DNA of 64,000 nt from Clostridia bacterium (lineage in GTDB: Bacteria; Bacillota; Clostridia; Oscillospirales; RGIG8002). Of this stretch, positions 56,666 to 64,000 are shown one piece after another. The position numbers and the translations under genes were made by a program. The stretch's first letter is position 1; each line of letters begins with the position of its first letter. The stretch is taken from assembly GCA_017453725.1 (NCBI GenBank), contig JAFTEJ010000004.1, forward strand, positions 711 to 64,710, in the 5' to 3' direction. The notes beneath the pieces are model-generated. The model was not told where the DNA came from. It saw only the letters and a list, made by a program, of their open reading frames with translations, and ran no database searches.

Positions 56666-57310
56666 TCACCCCATCGCCGGCATAAGTATCCTCACGCCGA
56701 GACAGTGAACGAACGCTCCGAGCGCGGCGGTCGACGACGAAATAAACAGCTTCACAAAGTATCCGCGCAGACGCCCGGAATTGACGCCGGAAACGTCTCC
56801 GGCGAAGAGAAAGCGCGTCAGCGAGCCGGATATGAGCACGGCGTCCATCGAAAGAACGCAGAGCGAAACGACGGTTATCGCCGCGTAAGGCGCGACCGCA
56901 ACGACGCAGACGAGCGCGCCCTTGAGGTCGAACGCGGAATATATCCCCGTCATCATCACGCCGAAGCCGATCCCGCGGAACGCGGGGACAGCGTAGATCA
57001 CCGGCGCCGCGGCGGCGGTAAAGCCGAGAGCGAATACTATCGCGACCGTCGTCATACAAAGCGCGAAGCATTCCAGAAAATAGCTCCCGAATTCAAACGT
57101 CTCCGCGCCGGAGAGTATCGCCGCGAGACGGGTCGCGCCGCCGAGAAAATCCGGCAGCTTCGCGAACCCGCTGATAAAGCAGCCGGCGACTATACCGGCA
57201 AGGAACAGGAAATATCCGTTTGTAAGATACCTCGCAAAGGGATTGTCTTTTGTGCTTTTGCGCTTCGCCACGCGCGGAGTGAAGATAATTTGCGGCAGTT
57301 TCCTTTTCAT
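56666..57310 (-). CDS. polytopic membrane protein, tentatively SpoIIM-like
   Basis: The ORF runs to 57322 (GTG). The ATG at 57310 follows AAGGTGG. The ~214-aa length and five-TM topology are reminiscent of stage II sporulation protein M. The sequence match is only impressionistic. Confidence 0.35.
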   Translation of the reverse strand: MKRKLPQIIFTPRVAKRKSTKDNPFARYLTNGYFLFLAGIVAGCFISGFAKLPDFLGGATRLAAILSGAETFEFGSYFLECFALCMTTVAIVFALGFTAAAAPVIYAVPAFRGIGFGVMMTGIYSAFDLKGALVCVVAVAPYAAITVVSLCVLSMDAVLISGSLTRFLFAGDVSGVNSGRLRGYFVKLFISSSTAALGAFVHCLGVRILMPAMG

Positions 57311-57364
57311 TGCTCGTCCCACCTTTTGTAAAAGGTATGTCGGGACGGGCGGGTATATTCTTAT

Positions 57365-58162
57365 TTATTTCAGATCGAGCTCTTCCGCGCGGCGCGTGCA
57401 GGCTTCCATCCCATCGATCACGGCGTCGTGTACGCCGCGCTTATCGAAGACGTTGACGGCTTCGATCGTCGTGCCGCCCTTTGAGCAGACGCGGTCAATG
57501 AGCTCCTCCGGCGTTATGCCGGAATCGGTCAGCATTTTCGCGCTGCCCTCCAGCACCTTCGCGAAAAGGCGAAGGGCGGTTCCGCGCTCTATCCCCTGCT
57601 TTTCGGCGCCGTCGGCAACGGCTTTCGCAAGGTAATAAACGTAAGCCGGACTGCTGCCGTTGACGCTGATGACGGAATTCATCATATCCTCGCCGACCTC
57701 CTCGACTATCCCGGAGGAGGCGAAAAGCGTCTTGACAAACTCGAATTCCTCGACGCCGACAGGTTCGCTGCGGGAGATCGCGGTAGCGCCCAGCCCCATA
57801 AGCAGCGATGTGTTCGGCATCACGCGCACGACCTTTGCGTCGTAGCCGAGGAAGCGCTTGACGCTCGCCACGCTGACGCCGGCGGCGATGGAAACGTATA
57901 CGGCGTTTTCGCTGCAGGCGCCGAGCTTTTCGAGCAGCGGCTTCATCACCTGCGGCTTGACGGCGAGGACGACGAAGTCGCTGTTTTCCGCGACGCCGAT
58001 TTCGTCCGCGCGGACGAGCGCGCCGCGCTCGCCGAAGGCGCGCGCTTTCTGCGCGTCGATGTCGAATACGTTTATGAGCGCCGGGTCGTATCCGGTCTTG
58101 ATTATTCCGCCGAACATAGCGGAAGCCATATTTCCGCAGCCGATAAAGCCTATGCGTTTCAT
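57365..58162 (-). CDS. proC: pyrroline-5-carboxylate reductase
   Basis: 265 aa. MKRIGFIGCGNMASAM (Rossmann), VRVMPNT, and SSPAYVYYLAKAVADGA...GGTT motifs. Confidence 0.85.
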   Translation of the reverse strand: MKRIGFIGCGNMASAMFGGIIKTGYDPALINVFDIDAQKARAFGERGALVRADEIGVAENSDFVVLAVKPQVMKPLLEKLGACSENAVYVSIAAGVSVASVKRFLGYDAKVVRVMPNTSLLMGLGATAISRSEPVGVEEFEFVKTLFASSGIVEEVGEDMMNSVISVNGSSPAYVYYLAKAVADGAEKQGIERGTALRLFAKVLEGSAKMLTDSGITPEELIDRVCSKGGTTIEAVNVFDKRGVHDAVIDGMEACTRRAEELDLK

Positions 58163-58176
58163 ATCATACCTCCGGA

Positions 58177-59556
58177 TCAGAATTCAACGTGAGCGCCCGC
58201 TTCCGCCGCCTTCAGCAGCAGAGCGCATTCAAGGCGCTTTTTCTGCATAAAGCACGCCTGCTCGTTCGGCGAGTCTATGCCGCCGCCGTAGAAGACGTTA
58301 CCCGCGGCGCATCCGCCGCTGCAGTTGTATTTTGCGAAGCAGCCGGCGCACTTGGGTTTCGACATTATGCTCGACTGCGCGAATATCCTGCGGATGTCGT
58401 CGCGGACAACGCCCTCGTCGAGCGAGCCTATTCTGTATTCCTCCATACCGACGAACTGGTGGCAGGGATAAATGCTTCCGTCGGGGGCGATCGCGGCGTA
58501 TTCGTTGCCCGCGCCGCAGCCTTTCAGCCGCTTGACCGCGCAGGGCCCGCCGTCGAGGTCGACCATAAAGTGGAAGAAGTTGACTTTTTTGCCTTCGGCG
58601 CGGAGCTTAAGGATGATATTCGTCAGCCTCTCGTATTCCTCCGCTATGCGCGGCAGATCCTCGTCGCGAAGCGCGTAGCTTTTATCGGCCGGCGCGGTTA
58701 CCGGCTCGATGGATATTTCATCGAAGCCGAGCCCGTATATGTGCTCGAAGTCGGCGGCGAAGTCGAGGTTTTCGCGCGTAAACGTACCGCGCAGATAGTA
58801 GCTCTTATCGGGGCCGCGCTTTTCAAGCAGCTTTTTGAACTTCGGCACTATGACGTCGTAGGAGCCGGAGCCGTCAACGCATTTGCGCATTCTGTCGTTG
58901 ACAATGCGCCTTCCGTCGAGCGAAAGCACGACGTTGCTCATCTCCGCGTTTATGAAGTCGATGTTCTCATCGTTGAGCAGCAGACCGTTTGTGGTCAGTG
59001 TGAAGCGGAAGTTCTTCCCCCGCTCCTTTTCGACGCTTCTGGCGTACGCGACGGTCTCCCTGACGGTCTTCATAGCCATCGTTGGCTCGCCGCCGAAGAA
59101 GTCGATCTCGATATTCCTCATACCCTTTGAGGCGGCGGTTATGAAGTCTATCGACTTTCTGCCGGTCTCGGGCGACATTATGCCCCGGGCGCCGTGATAG
59201 TCGCCCTGCGAAGCGAAGCAGTAGCCGCAGCGCAGATTGCAGTCGTGCGCGACGTGCAGGCATACGGCCTTTATCGGCATAAGCGAGGAATACACCGGCG
59301 CGGGTATCTGCTCCGGCAAAGTGTAAAGCATATCGTCGGCGGCAAGCTCCGCCAGCTCCGCGACCGCCTCGCGCACGGCGGCTTCGCCGAAGGACGCGCC
59401 GAGCTTTTCCGCGGCTTCATCCGCCGTCGGAAGCCTGTCCGGATACGCGGAAAGCACGGCGTATGAAACGTCGTCCGGCAGATGCACCGCTCCGCTCTCA
59501 ACGTCGAGCGCGATATTAAGTCCGTTTTGTCTGAAAGTGTGTACCAATTCTATCAC
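58177..59556 (-). CDS. scfB: radical SAM/SPASM thioether-forming SCIFF peptide maturase
   Basis: 459 aa with a GTG start. The CNLRCGYC radical-SAM cluster motif, C-terminal SPASM cysteines (CGAGNEY...CHQF...CAGCFAKYNCSGGCAA), and the N-terminus HTFRQNGLNIALDVESGAVH are all typical of SCIFF maturases. It lies directly downstream of the SCIFF peptide. Confidence 0.85.
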   Translation of the reverse strand: MIELVHTFRQNGLNIALDVESGAVHLPDDVSYAVLSAYPDRLPTADEAAEKLGASFGEAAVREAVAELAELAADDMLYTLPEQIPAPVYSSLMPIKAVCLHVAHDCNLRCGYCFASQGDYHGARGIMSPETGRKSIDFITAASKGMRNIEIDFFGGEPTMAMKTVRETVAYARSVEKERGKNFRFTLTTNGLLLNDENIDFINAEMSNVVLSLDGRRIVNDRMRKCVDGSGSYDVIVPKFKKLLEKRGPDKSYYLRGTFTRENLDFAADFEHIYGLGFDEISIEPVTAPADKSYALRDEDLPRIAEEYERLTNIILKLRAEGKKVNFFHFMVDLDGGPCAVKRLKGCGAGNEYAAIAPDGSIYPCHQFVGMEEYRIGSLDEGVVRDDIRRIFAQSSIMSKPKCAGCFAKYNCSGGCAAGNVFYGGGIDSPNEQACFMQKKRLECALLLKAAEAGAHVEF

Positions 59557-59633
59557 CCATAAGGAAATACGGGCGGACAGCGCCGAAGGGCTTACGCTCC
59601 GTATGTAATAGCTTTATTGAATCAAACCGAAAC

Positions 59634-59657
59634 GGGCACCGCCTTTGCGGCGATGCC
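59634..59657 (-). terminator. hairpin between precursor peptide and maturase (possible attenuator)
   Basis: The minus strand reads GGGCAUCGCCGCAAAGGGGUGCCC (about 9 bp with one bulge), followed by GUUUCGGUUUG. Confidence 0.35.
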
Positions 59658-59667
59658 CTCTCGCGCT

Positions 59668-59812
59668 CTTATTTCTTGTTCTCGCACTTCTGATTGCCGA
59701 CCGTGCAGGACGTCTTGCAGGCGGACTGACAGGAGGTCTGGCATTCTCCGCATCCGCGGGTATCGCGATTCTTCTTGAGAGTGCCTTCGGCGATGGTTTT
59801 GATGTGTTTCAT
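59668..59812 (-). pseudogene. scfA: SCIFF (six-Cys-in-forty-five) ribosomal peptide precursor, split by a 1-nt frameshift in the sequence as given
   Basis: AAGGAGA RBS 8 nt upstream of the ATG at 59812. Frame A encodes MKHIKTIAEGTLKKNRD. The canonical core (T)RGCGECQTSCQSACKTSCTVGNQKCENKK* (stop at 59668-59670) lies in the +1 frame. The junction is GATAACCCGCGG (59753-59764 on the plus strand). Confidence 0.75.
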
Positions 59813-59840
59813 TTTTAAAATCTCCTTTATGTTAATATTC

Positions 59841-60233
59841 TTATCTGCGATTTACTCCGACGATCCCGCCGATAACGGCGAAAGCGACGGATATTCCGGC
59901 GCTGAGGGCCATCCGGTCCGCGCCGGGAACTGTCCTGCCGGCAATCAGTCCGGCAAGAAAAGCGACCGCGAATATCGCCGCGCCTGCCGCGGTTCCGAAC
60001 TTCAGCCCCTTGCTTCCCGCGAGAACTCCGCTGACGAAGCCGCCCGCGAACGCGCCGAGCGCCGTCGCCGCGTAAGCGAACACGGTCGCCCAGACCGCCG
60101 GCAGCGAAAGCCAAAGCATAAGCCCCGCGAAAAGAAGCGTCAGCAGCGCGCTTGTCAGAAGTCCCGCCAAAACGCCTTTCAGCGTGATCTTCAATCCGGC
60201 GGCGGAAAACAGCCGCGCGGTATTACCGTCCAT
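59841..60233 (-). CDS. small glycine/alanine-rich 4-TM membrane protein (TIGR04086-like, tentative)
   Basis: The ORF runs to 60242 (GTG). The ATG at 60233 follows GGAGGTG. It has four hydrophobic helices rich in G and A. From memory, this family often neighbours yajC and SCIFF in Clostridia. Confidence 0.5.
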   Translation of the reverse strand: MDGNTARLFSAAGLKITLKGVLAGLLTSALLTLLFAGLMLWLSLPAVWATVFAYAATALGAFAGGFVSGVLAGSKGLKFGTAAGAAIFAVAFLAGLIAGRTVPGADRMALSAGISVAFAVIGGIVGVNRR

Positions 60234-60299
60234 AGAACCCACCTCCGGAACATCTTATTCCGAAAGCGGACAAATTATGACGGAGCGCCGCTTATCAGA

Positions 60300-60704
60300 T
60301 CAGTTGCTCTCGTGTACTACCTTCTCCTGGACGGCCCATCTCTTGACTCTGAACTTCGTCCTGTCGACGCCGGATTCGATAACGAAGCCGTCGTCCTTGA
60401 CCTGGACTATTCTTCCGACGACGCCGCTGATGGTGACTACTTCGTCGCCGACGGTCAGCGTCTTGAGCATTTCTTTGGCTTTTTTCTCTTTCTTTCTCTG
60501 CGGCCTGATAAGGAACAGCCACATAAGCACGATAAAGAGTATCGGAACGAGAAGGGTCAGATAGCTGGTCCAGCCCGGCTGCTGAGCCTGAGCCTGCGAG
60601 CCCTGGGCGGCCTGCTGCTGCGCCGCGGTCCCGTAGCCGAAGCATCCGGAGAGCCCGAGCATAAGCATTCCGAGCGTTAACACAAGAATCAATACTTTTT
60701 TCAT
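60300..60704 (-). CDS. yajC: preprotein translocase subunit YajC with an N-terminal lipoprotein-type extension
   Basis: The ATG at 60704 follows GGAGGT. The YajC core is LVPILFIVLMWLFLIRPQRKKEKKAKEMLKTLTVGDEVVTISGVVGRIV. It is preceded by MKKVLILVLTLGMLMLGLSGC (a lipobox) and a Q-rich linker. Confidence 0.85.
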   Translation of the reverse strand: MKKVLILVLTLGMLMLGLSGCFGYGTAAQQQAAQGSQAQAQQPGWTSYLTLLVPILFIVLMWLFLIRPQRKKEKKAKEMLKTLTVGDEVVTISGVVGRIVQVKDDGFVIESGVDRTKFRVKRWAVQEKVVHESN

Positions 60705-60834
60705 TGGTACCTCCAAATACGGATTTAGGCATTGAATACCATATCATAGTTATTATATAATCACGTCGTTCATTTTGCAAGTAATTTTTTCAATTTGACA
60801 AAAAAAATAAAGCCGCGCATTTCACGCTTTGCTA

Positions 60835-60863
60835 TTGACATTCAGCGGAAGCTGTAATATACT
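60835..60863 (+). promoter_or_regulatory. sigma-A promoter driving the FMN riboswitch-ribU unit
   Basis: TTGACA (60835-60840), a 17-nt spacer, TATACT (60858-60863). Confidence 0.55.
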
Positions 60864-60872
60864 ATGTACCGT

Positions 60873-61010
60873 AAATCTTTGGGGCGGGGTGCGATTCCCC
60901 ACCGGCGGTGAAAGTCCGCTAACTCCGGCGCTCCCGGAGCCGACACGGTGGAATTCCGTGACCGACGGTGTTGACCGCAGGCGGTCTTCAGTCCGGATGA
61001 GAAAGGATTT
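60873..61010 (+). promoter_or_regulatory. FMN riboswitch (RFN element) aptamer
   Basis: Conserved RFN blocks are present: GGGGCGGGGUGCGAUUCCCCACCGGCGGU, GGUGGAAUUCCGUGACCGACGGU and AGUCCGGAUGAGAAAGGAU. P1 forms between AAAUCUUU and AAAGGAUUU. It lies upstream of a riboflavin transporter gene. Confidence 0.85.
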
Positions 61011-61027
61011 ATTTCTCCGCAGAAGTT

Positions 61028-61057
61028 ATGCCCCGGTTTACGCGGGCATTTCTTTAT
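61028..61057 (+). terminator. riboswitch expression-platform terminator
   Basis: An ATGCCCCG...CGCGGGCAT hairpin followed by TTCTTTAT, just upstream of the ribU RBS (GGAGG at 61060-61064). Confidence 0.6.
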
Positions 61058-61070
61058 ATGGAGGCACAAT

Positions 61071-61625
61071 ATGAACAAAAAGAGCCTGAAGCTTCAGACG
61101 GTAGCCGTGCTGGCGATGTTCGCCGCGATCTCGATAGTGCTTGTGTATCTGATACACATTCCGATATTCCCGTCCGCGCCGTATCTCGAATACGATCCCG
61201 CCGATATTATGATATTCATCTGTTCGCTAGCGATATCGCCGCTCTGGTCGCTCGTGCTGACCGCAGTCGTTTCGCTCGTGCAGGGACTTCTCATAAGCGG
61301 CTTCAACCTCGGCATAATAATGCACATAGCCGCGACCGGGACCGCCGCGTTCATCTGCGGCGGCATATACAGAAGGCGCCGCACGCTCGTTTCAGCCGTA
61401 ATAGGACTCGCGGCCGCCGCGCTCGCCGCGACCGCCGTTATGGTGCCGATGAACATCATTTTCACGCCGATTTATACCGGGATGGCGCGTTCGATAGTCG
61501 TAACTCTGCTGCCCTTCCCAATCATACCGTTCAATCTTGTCAAATTCGGCATAAACGCCGTTATTACCGGTTTGCTTTTCAAGCCCATGATGCTTATACT
61601 CCGCAAAACCGGTGTAACAGACTGA
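61071..61625 (+). CDS. ribU: riboflavin transporter, ECF S-component
   Basis: 184 aa with six hydrophobic helices and an N-terminus LQTVAVLAMFAAISIVLVYL. It is controlled by the FMN riboswitch. Confidence 0.75.
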   Translation: MNKKSLKLQTVAVLAMFAAISIVLVYLIHIPIFPSAPYLEYDPADIMIFICSLAISPLWSLVLTAVVSLVQGLLISGFNLGIIMHIAATGTAAFICGGIYRRRRTLVSAVIGLAAAALAATAVMVPMNIIFTPIYTGMARSIVVTLLPFPIIPFNLVKFGINAVITGLLFKPMMLILRKTGVTD

Positions 61626-61641
61626 TATTTGAGGTGAAAAC

Positions 61642-62127
61642 TTGGTAGACGCGATAAAGACGTTCTTTACAGATACGTTCCCGCCGCAGCTCGCGGTCTT
61701 CTTCTGCTCGATGATACCGATAATCGAGCTGCGCGGAGCGATACCGCTCGGATGCCTGCTCGGACTGCCCTTCTGGCAGTCTTTCGGCATCGCCGTTATC
61801 GGGAACCTCATCCCCGCGCCGTTCATTCTGCTTTTCATTCACAAAATCATCGGCTGGCTGAAGCGCTTCAGGCTCACGCGCAAAATGGCGCTCTGGGCGG
61901 AACGCCGCGCAGAGGTCAAATCCGAAAAACGCGAGAATCTGTCCTTCCTCGGGCTGACGCTCTTCGTCGCAATTCCGCTGCCCGGGACCGGCGCGTGGAC
62001 CGGCTCACTCGTCGCCAACTTCCTCGGCATACGCTTCAAAAAGGCGTTTCTCGCCGTGATCGTCGGAGTTCTCGTCGCCGGAGTCGTCGTGACCTGCATT
62101 TCTTACGGGATAGCCGGTATTTTTTGA
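61642..62127 (+). CDS. small multidrug-export-like membrane protein (COG2426/PF06695-like)
   Basis: TTG start 5 nt after GAGGTG. Motifs IPIIELRGAIPLG and GNLIPAPFILLF match what I recall for this family. Confidence 0.55.
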   Translation: MVDAIKTFFTDTFPPQLAVFFCSMIPIIELRGAIPLGCLLGLPFWQSFGIAVIGNLIPAPFILLFIHKIIGWLKRFRLTRKMALWAERRAEVKSEKRENLSFLGLTLFVAIPLPGTGAWTGSLVANFLGIRFKKAFLAVIVGVLVAGVVVTCISYGIAGIF

Positions 62128-62128
62128 C

Positions 62129-62157
62129 TTGACATCGGGCGCAATATGTTGTAATAT
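62129..62157 (+). promoter_or_regulatory. sigma-A promoter of metK
   Basis: TTGACA (62129-62134), a 17-nt spacer, TAATAT (62152-62157). Confidence 0.5.
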
Positions 62158-62208
62158 ATTTTTATGGATACCACAATATATCTATTTCAACATACAGGAG
62201 GTATAATT

Positions 62209-63381
62209 ATGAGCAGATATCTGTTTACCAGCGAATCGGTTACCGAGGGGCATCCCGATAAGGTCTGCGACCGCATATCGGACTCCGTCCTCGACGCGAT
62301 AATCGCGAACGACCCCAACGCGCGCGTCGCCTGTGAAACCACCGCCACCACCGGCGTCGTCAGCGTTATGGGCGAAATAACCACCACTTCCTACGCCGAC
62401 ATCCCCGGCATCGTCAGAAAGGCGCTCCGCGATATAGGCTACACCAGCGCGTGCGGCTTCGACGCGGACACCTGCGCGGTCGTCACATCCATAGACGAGC
62501 AGTCTCCGGATATAGCCATGGGCGTCGATAAGTCCCTCGAGGATAAGTCCGACAGCGAAAACATCGGCGGCGGCGCCGGCGATCAAGGCATTATGTTCGG
62601 CTACGCCTGCGACGAAACGCCCGAGCTTATGCCGCTCGCCATTTCCCTTGCCCACAAGCTCGCCAAGCGCCTTACCGCCGCGAGAAAGAGCGGCGTTCTG
62701 CCCTACCTTTTCCCCGACGGAAAGACTCAGGTCACGGTCGAATATGTCGACGGCAAGCCGACCAGAATCGACACCGTCGTCGTTTCTTCGCAGCACACGG
62801 CGGACGTCTCGCTCGACACGCTCCGCCGGGGCATTATCGAGAACGTAATCCGCCCGACTATCCCCGCGGATCTCATCGACGATAACACCCGTATCTTCAT
62901 CAATCCGACCGGACGCTTCGTCGTGGGCGGACCCGTCGGAGACTCGGGACTTACCGGCAGAAAGATCATCGTCGATACCTACGGCGGCTACGCCAGACAC
63001 GGCGGCGGCGCCTTCTCCGGAAAGGATCCGACGATGGTCGACCGCAGCGCCTCCTACGCAGCCCGCTACGCCGCGAAGAACGTCGTCAAAGCGGGGCTCG
63101 CCTCCAAGTGCGAGATCGAGCTCGCCTACGCCATCGGCGTCGCGCGTCCGGTCTCCGTCTTCGTCGACACCTTCGGCACCGGAACGATACCGGACGAGAA
63201 GATCTCCGAGATCATCTGCAAGGTATTCGACTTCACTCCGGACGGCATAATAAAGATGCTCGACCTGCGCAAGCCCATTTACGCGCAGCTCGCCGCCTAC
63301 GGCCACATGGGCCGCGAGGACCTCGGCGTGCGCTGGGAGGACACCGACAAGGTCGACGAGCTTCTTGCTCTCGCCAAGTGA
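62209..63381 (+). CDS. metK: S-adenosylmethionine synthase
   Basis: The listed ORF starts at 62164, but the ATG at 62209 follows AGGAGG. Motifs [32 protein letters not shown] and [17 protein letters not shown] are canonical. Confidence 0.9.
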   Translation: MSRYLFTSESVTEGHPDKVCDRISDSVLDAIIANDPNARVACETTATTGVVSVMGEITTTSYADIPGIVRKALRDIGYTSACGFDADTCAVVTSIDEQSPDIAMGVDKSLEDKSDSENIGGGAGDQGIMFGYACDETPELMPLAISLAHKLAKRLTAARKSGVLPYLFPDGKTQVTVEYVDGKPTRIDTVVVSSQHTADVSLDTLRRGIIENVIRPTIPADLIDDNTRIFINPTGRFVVGGPVGDSGLTGRKIIVDTYGGYARHGGGAFSGKDPTMVDRSASYAARYAAKNVVKAGLASKCEIELAYAIGVARPVSVFVDTFGTGTIPDEKISEIICKVFDFTPDGIIKMLDLRKPIYAQLAAYGHMGREDLGVRWEDTDKVDELLALAK

Positions 63382-63433
63382 TACCATACACACGAACGAC
63401 CGGTACCGAGTATAATATTACCGAGGTGATATT

Positions 63434-63682
63434 ATGCCGGCGCCGGTCTTGTTGTATATGCTCGTCTTCTTTGCCGCTTTCGGATTCTTCGAATTTATTT
63501 CCGTTATTCTTTGCATTTTGAGGTTGAGAAGCGGCGCGGAATATGATAGAATAGTACTCAAACAACGACCGGAGATAACAACAGATGGAAACGGAGACCC
63601 TGAAAGGCACCGTCAACTCGGTGATATACGTCAACGAGCTGAACAGGCACACGATACTGAAGCTGCTGACCGACAGCGGTGA
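63434..63682 (+). CDS. possible small membrane protein (uncertain)
   Basis: GAGGTG RBS 5 nt upstream of the ATG, with a hydrophobic N-terminus LLYMLVFFAAFGFFEFISVILCIL. However, the last ~33 codons overlap recD2 out of frame and look like noise. Confidence 0.2.
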   Translation: MPAPVLLYMLVFFAAFGFFEFISVILCILRLRSGAEYDRIVLKQRPEITTDGNGDPERHRQLGDIRQRAEQAHDTEAADRQR

Positions 63683-64000
63683 GATCACCGTCGCCGGCAC
63701 GTTTGCGGACGTCAACCCCGGAGAGACGCTGACTCTCAAGGGCGGTTTTTCCGTACACCCGAAATACGGCAGGCAGTTCAGCGCCGTTTCCTACGAAAAG
63801 GAGCTTCCGGACAACGCAGACGTTATTATGAAGTACCTCGCCTCCGGCGTCATCAAGGGCATCGGACCCGTTACGGCAAAGGCGATCGTCGAAAAGTTCG
63901 GCGACGAGACGCTCGATATTATCGAAAACCACCCGGACAAGCTCGCGACAGTGCGCGGGGTTACAAAGGCGAAGGCAAATCAGTTCTCGTTCGAGTTCGC
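63585..64000 (+). CDS. recD2: 5' part of RecD2-type ATP-dependent DNA helicase (3' end outside window)
   Basis: This ORF is not in the track because it has no stop before the window edge. My manual translation gives METETLKGTVNSVIYVNELNRHTILKLL...GETLTLKGGFSVHPKYGRQFSAVSYE...MKYLASGVIKGIGPVTAKAIVEKFGDETLDIIE. That matches the RecD2 N-terminal domain and HhH region. Confidence 0.75.
   Translation, partial: METETLKGTVNSVIYVNELNRHTILKLLTDSGEITVAGTFADVNPGETLTLKGGFSVHPKYGRQFSAVSYEKELPDNADVIMKYLASGVIKGIGPVTAKAIVEKFGDETLDIIENHPDKLATVRGVTKAKANQFSFEF

Noticed and set aside
59775-60680. A 301-aa plus-strand ORF spanning the SCIFF, membrane-protein and yajC region.
   Set aside because: It is antisense to three convincing minus-strand genes. 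The translation is extremely R/K/E-rich and low-complexity, and it starts at a TTG with no RBS.
62129-62208. An S-box (SAM-I) riboswitch was expected upstream of metK.
   Set aside because: The leader between the promoter and the ATG is only about 50 nt and contains none of the conserved S-box helices.
62182-63393. A 403-aa minus-strand ORF opposite metK. Similar cases are 46393..47571 opposite the SPT-like gene, 600..1493 opposite dpaA and 10828..11961 opposite lgt.
   Set aside because: The opposite strand encodes canonical, highly conserved proteins, so these are GC-driven shadow ORFs.
63434-63682. An 82-aa ORF with a good RBS upstream of recD2.
   Set aside because: It is not fully rejected and is kept as a low-confidence feature. 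Its C-terminal third overlaps recD2 out of frame and looks non-coding, so only a shorter product or no product is plausible.

Overview
This 64-kb window is GC-rich and looks like a spore-forming Clostridia-type chromosome, possibly an uncultured Oscillospirales/Ruminococcaceae-like organism. That placement is inferred from dpaAB, a SpoVK/CbxX-type AAA+ gene, the SCIFF peptide with its radical-SAM maturase, and many dockerins. All family assignments come from motif recognition by eye; no searches were run.

Housekeeping genes sit at the flanks and in the last third: cca-like 3' end, dpaA, dpaB, tRNA-Pro(CGG), a CDF transporter, folD, lgt, tcdA, proC, yajC, FMN riboswitch-ribU, metK and the recD2 5' end.

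The centre (about 7.5-38.5 kb) is a ~31-kb block of 12 genes, all on the minus strand, with intergenic gaps of 85 nt or less. Secreted, dockerin-tagged multidomain proteins dominate it:
- Four 1566-1584-aa paralogues in two tandem pairs, each built as lectin + GH16 + WD40/PD40-like propeller + BspA-type LRR + dockerin.
- Three EEP-family (endonuclease/exonuclease/phosphatase) paralogues, one preceded by six tandem CBM-like modules.
- An alkaline-phosphatase homologue whose nucleophile and several metal ligands appear to be substituted.
- A double zinc-ribbon, tail-anchored protein.

Downstream lie a 2478-aa cyclic-beta-1,2-glucan-synthase-like gene, a translationally coupled serine-palmitoyltransferase-like/SDR pair, a GH78, and a GH92-dockerin gene that overlaps tcdA.

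The SCIFF precursor gene is split by a 1-nt frameshift in the sequence as given. I found no rRNA, CRISPR array, transposase, integrase or reverse transcriptase.
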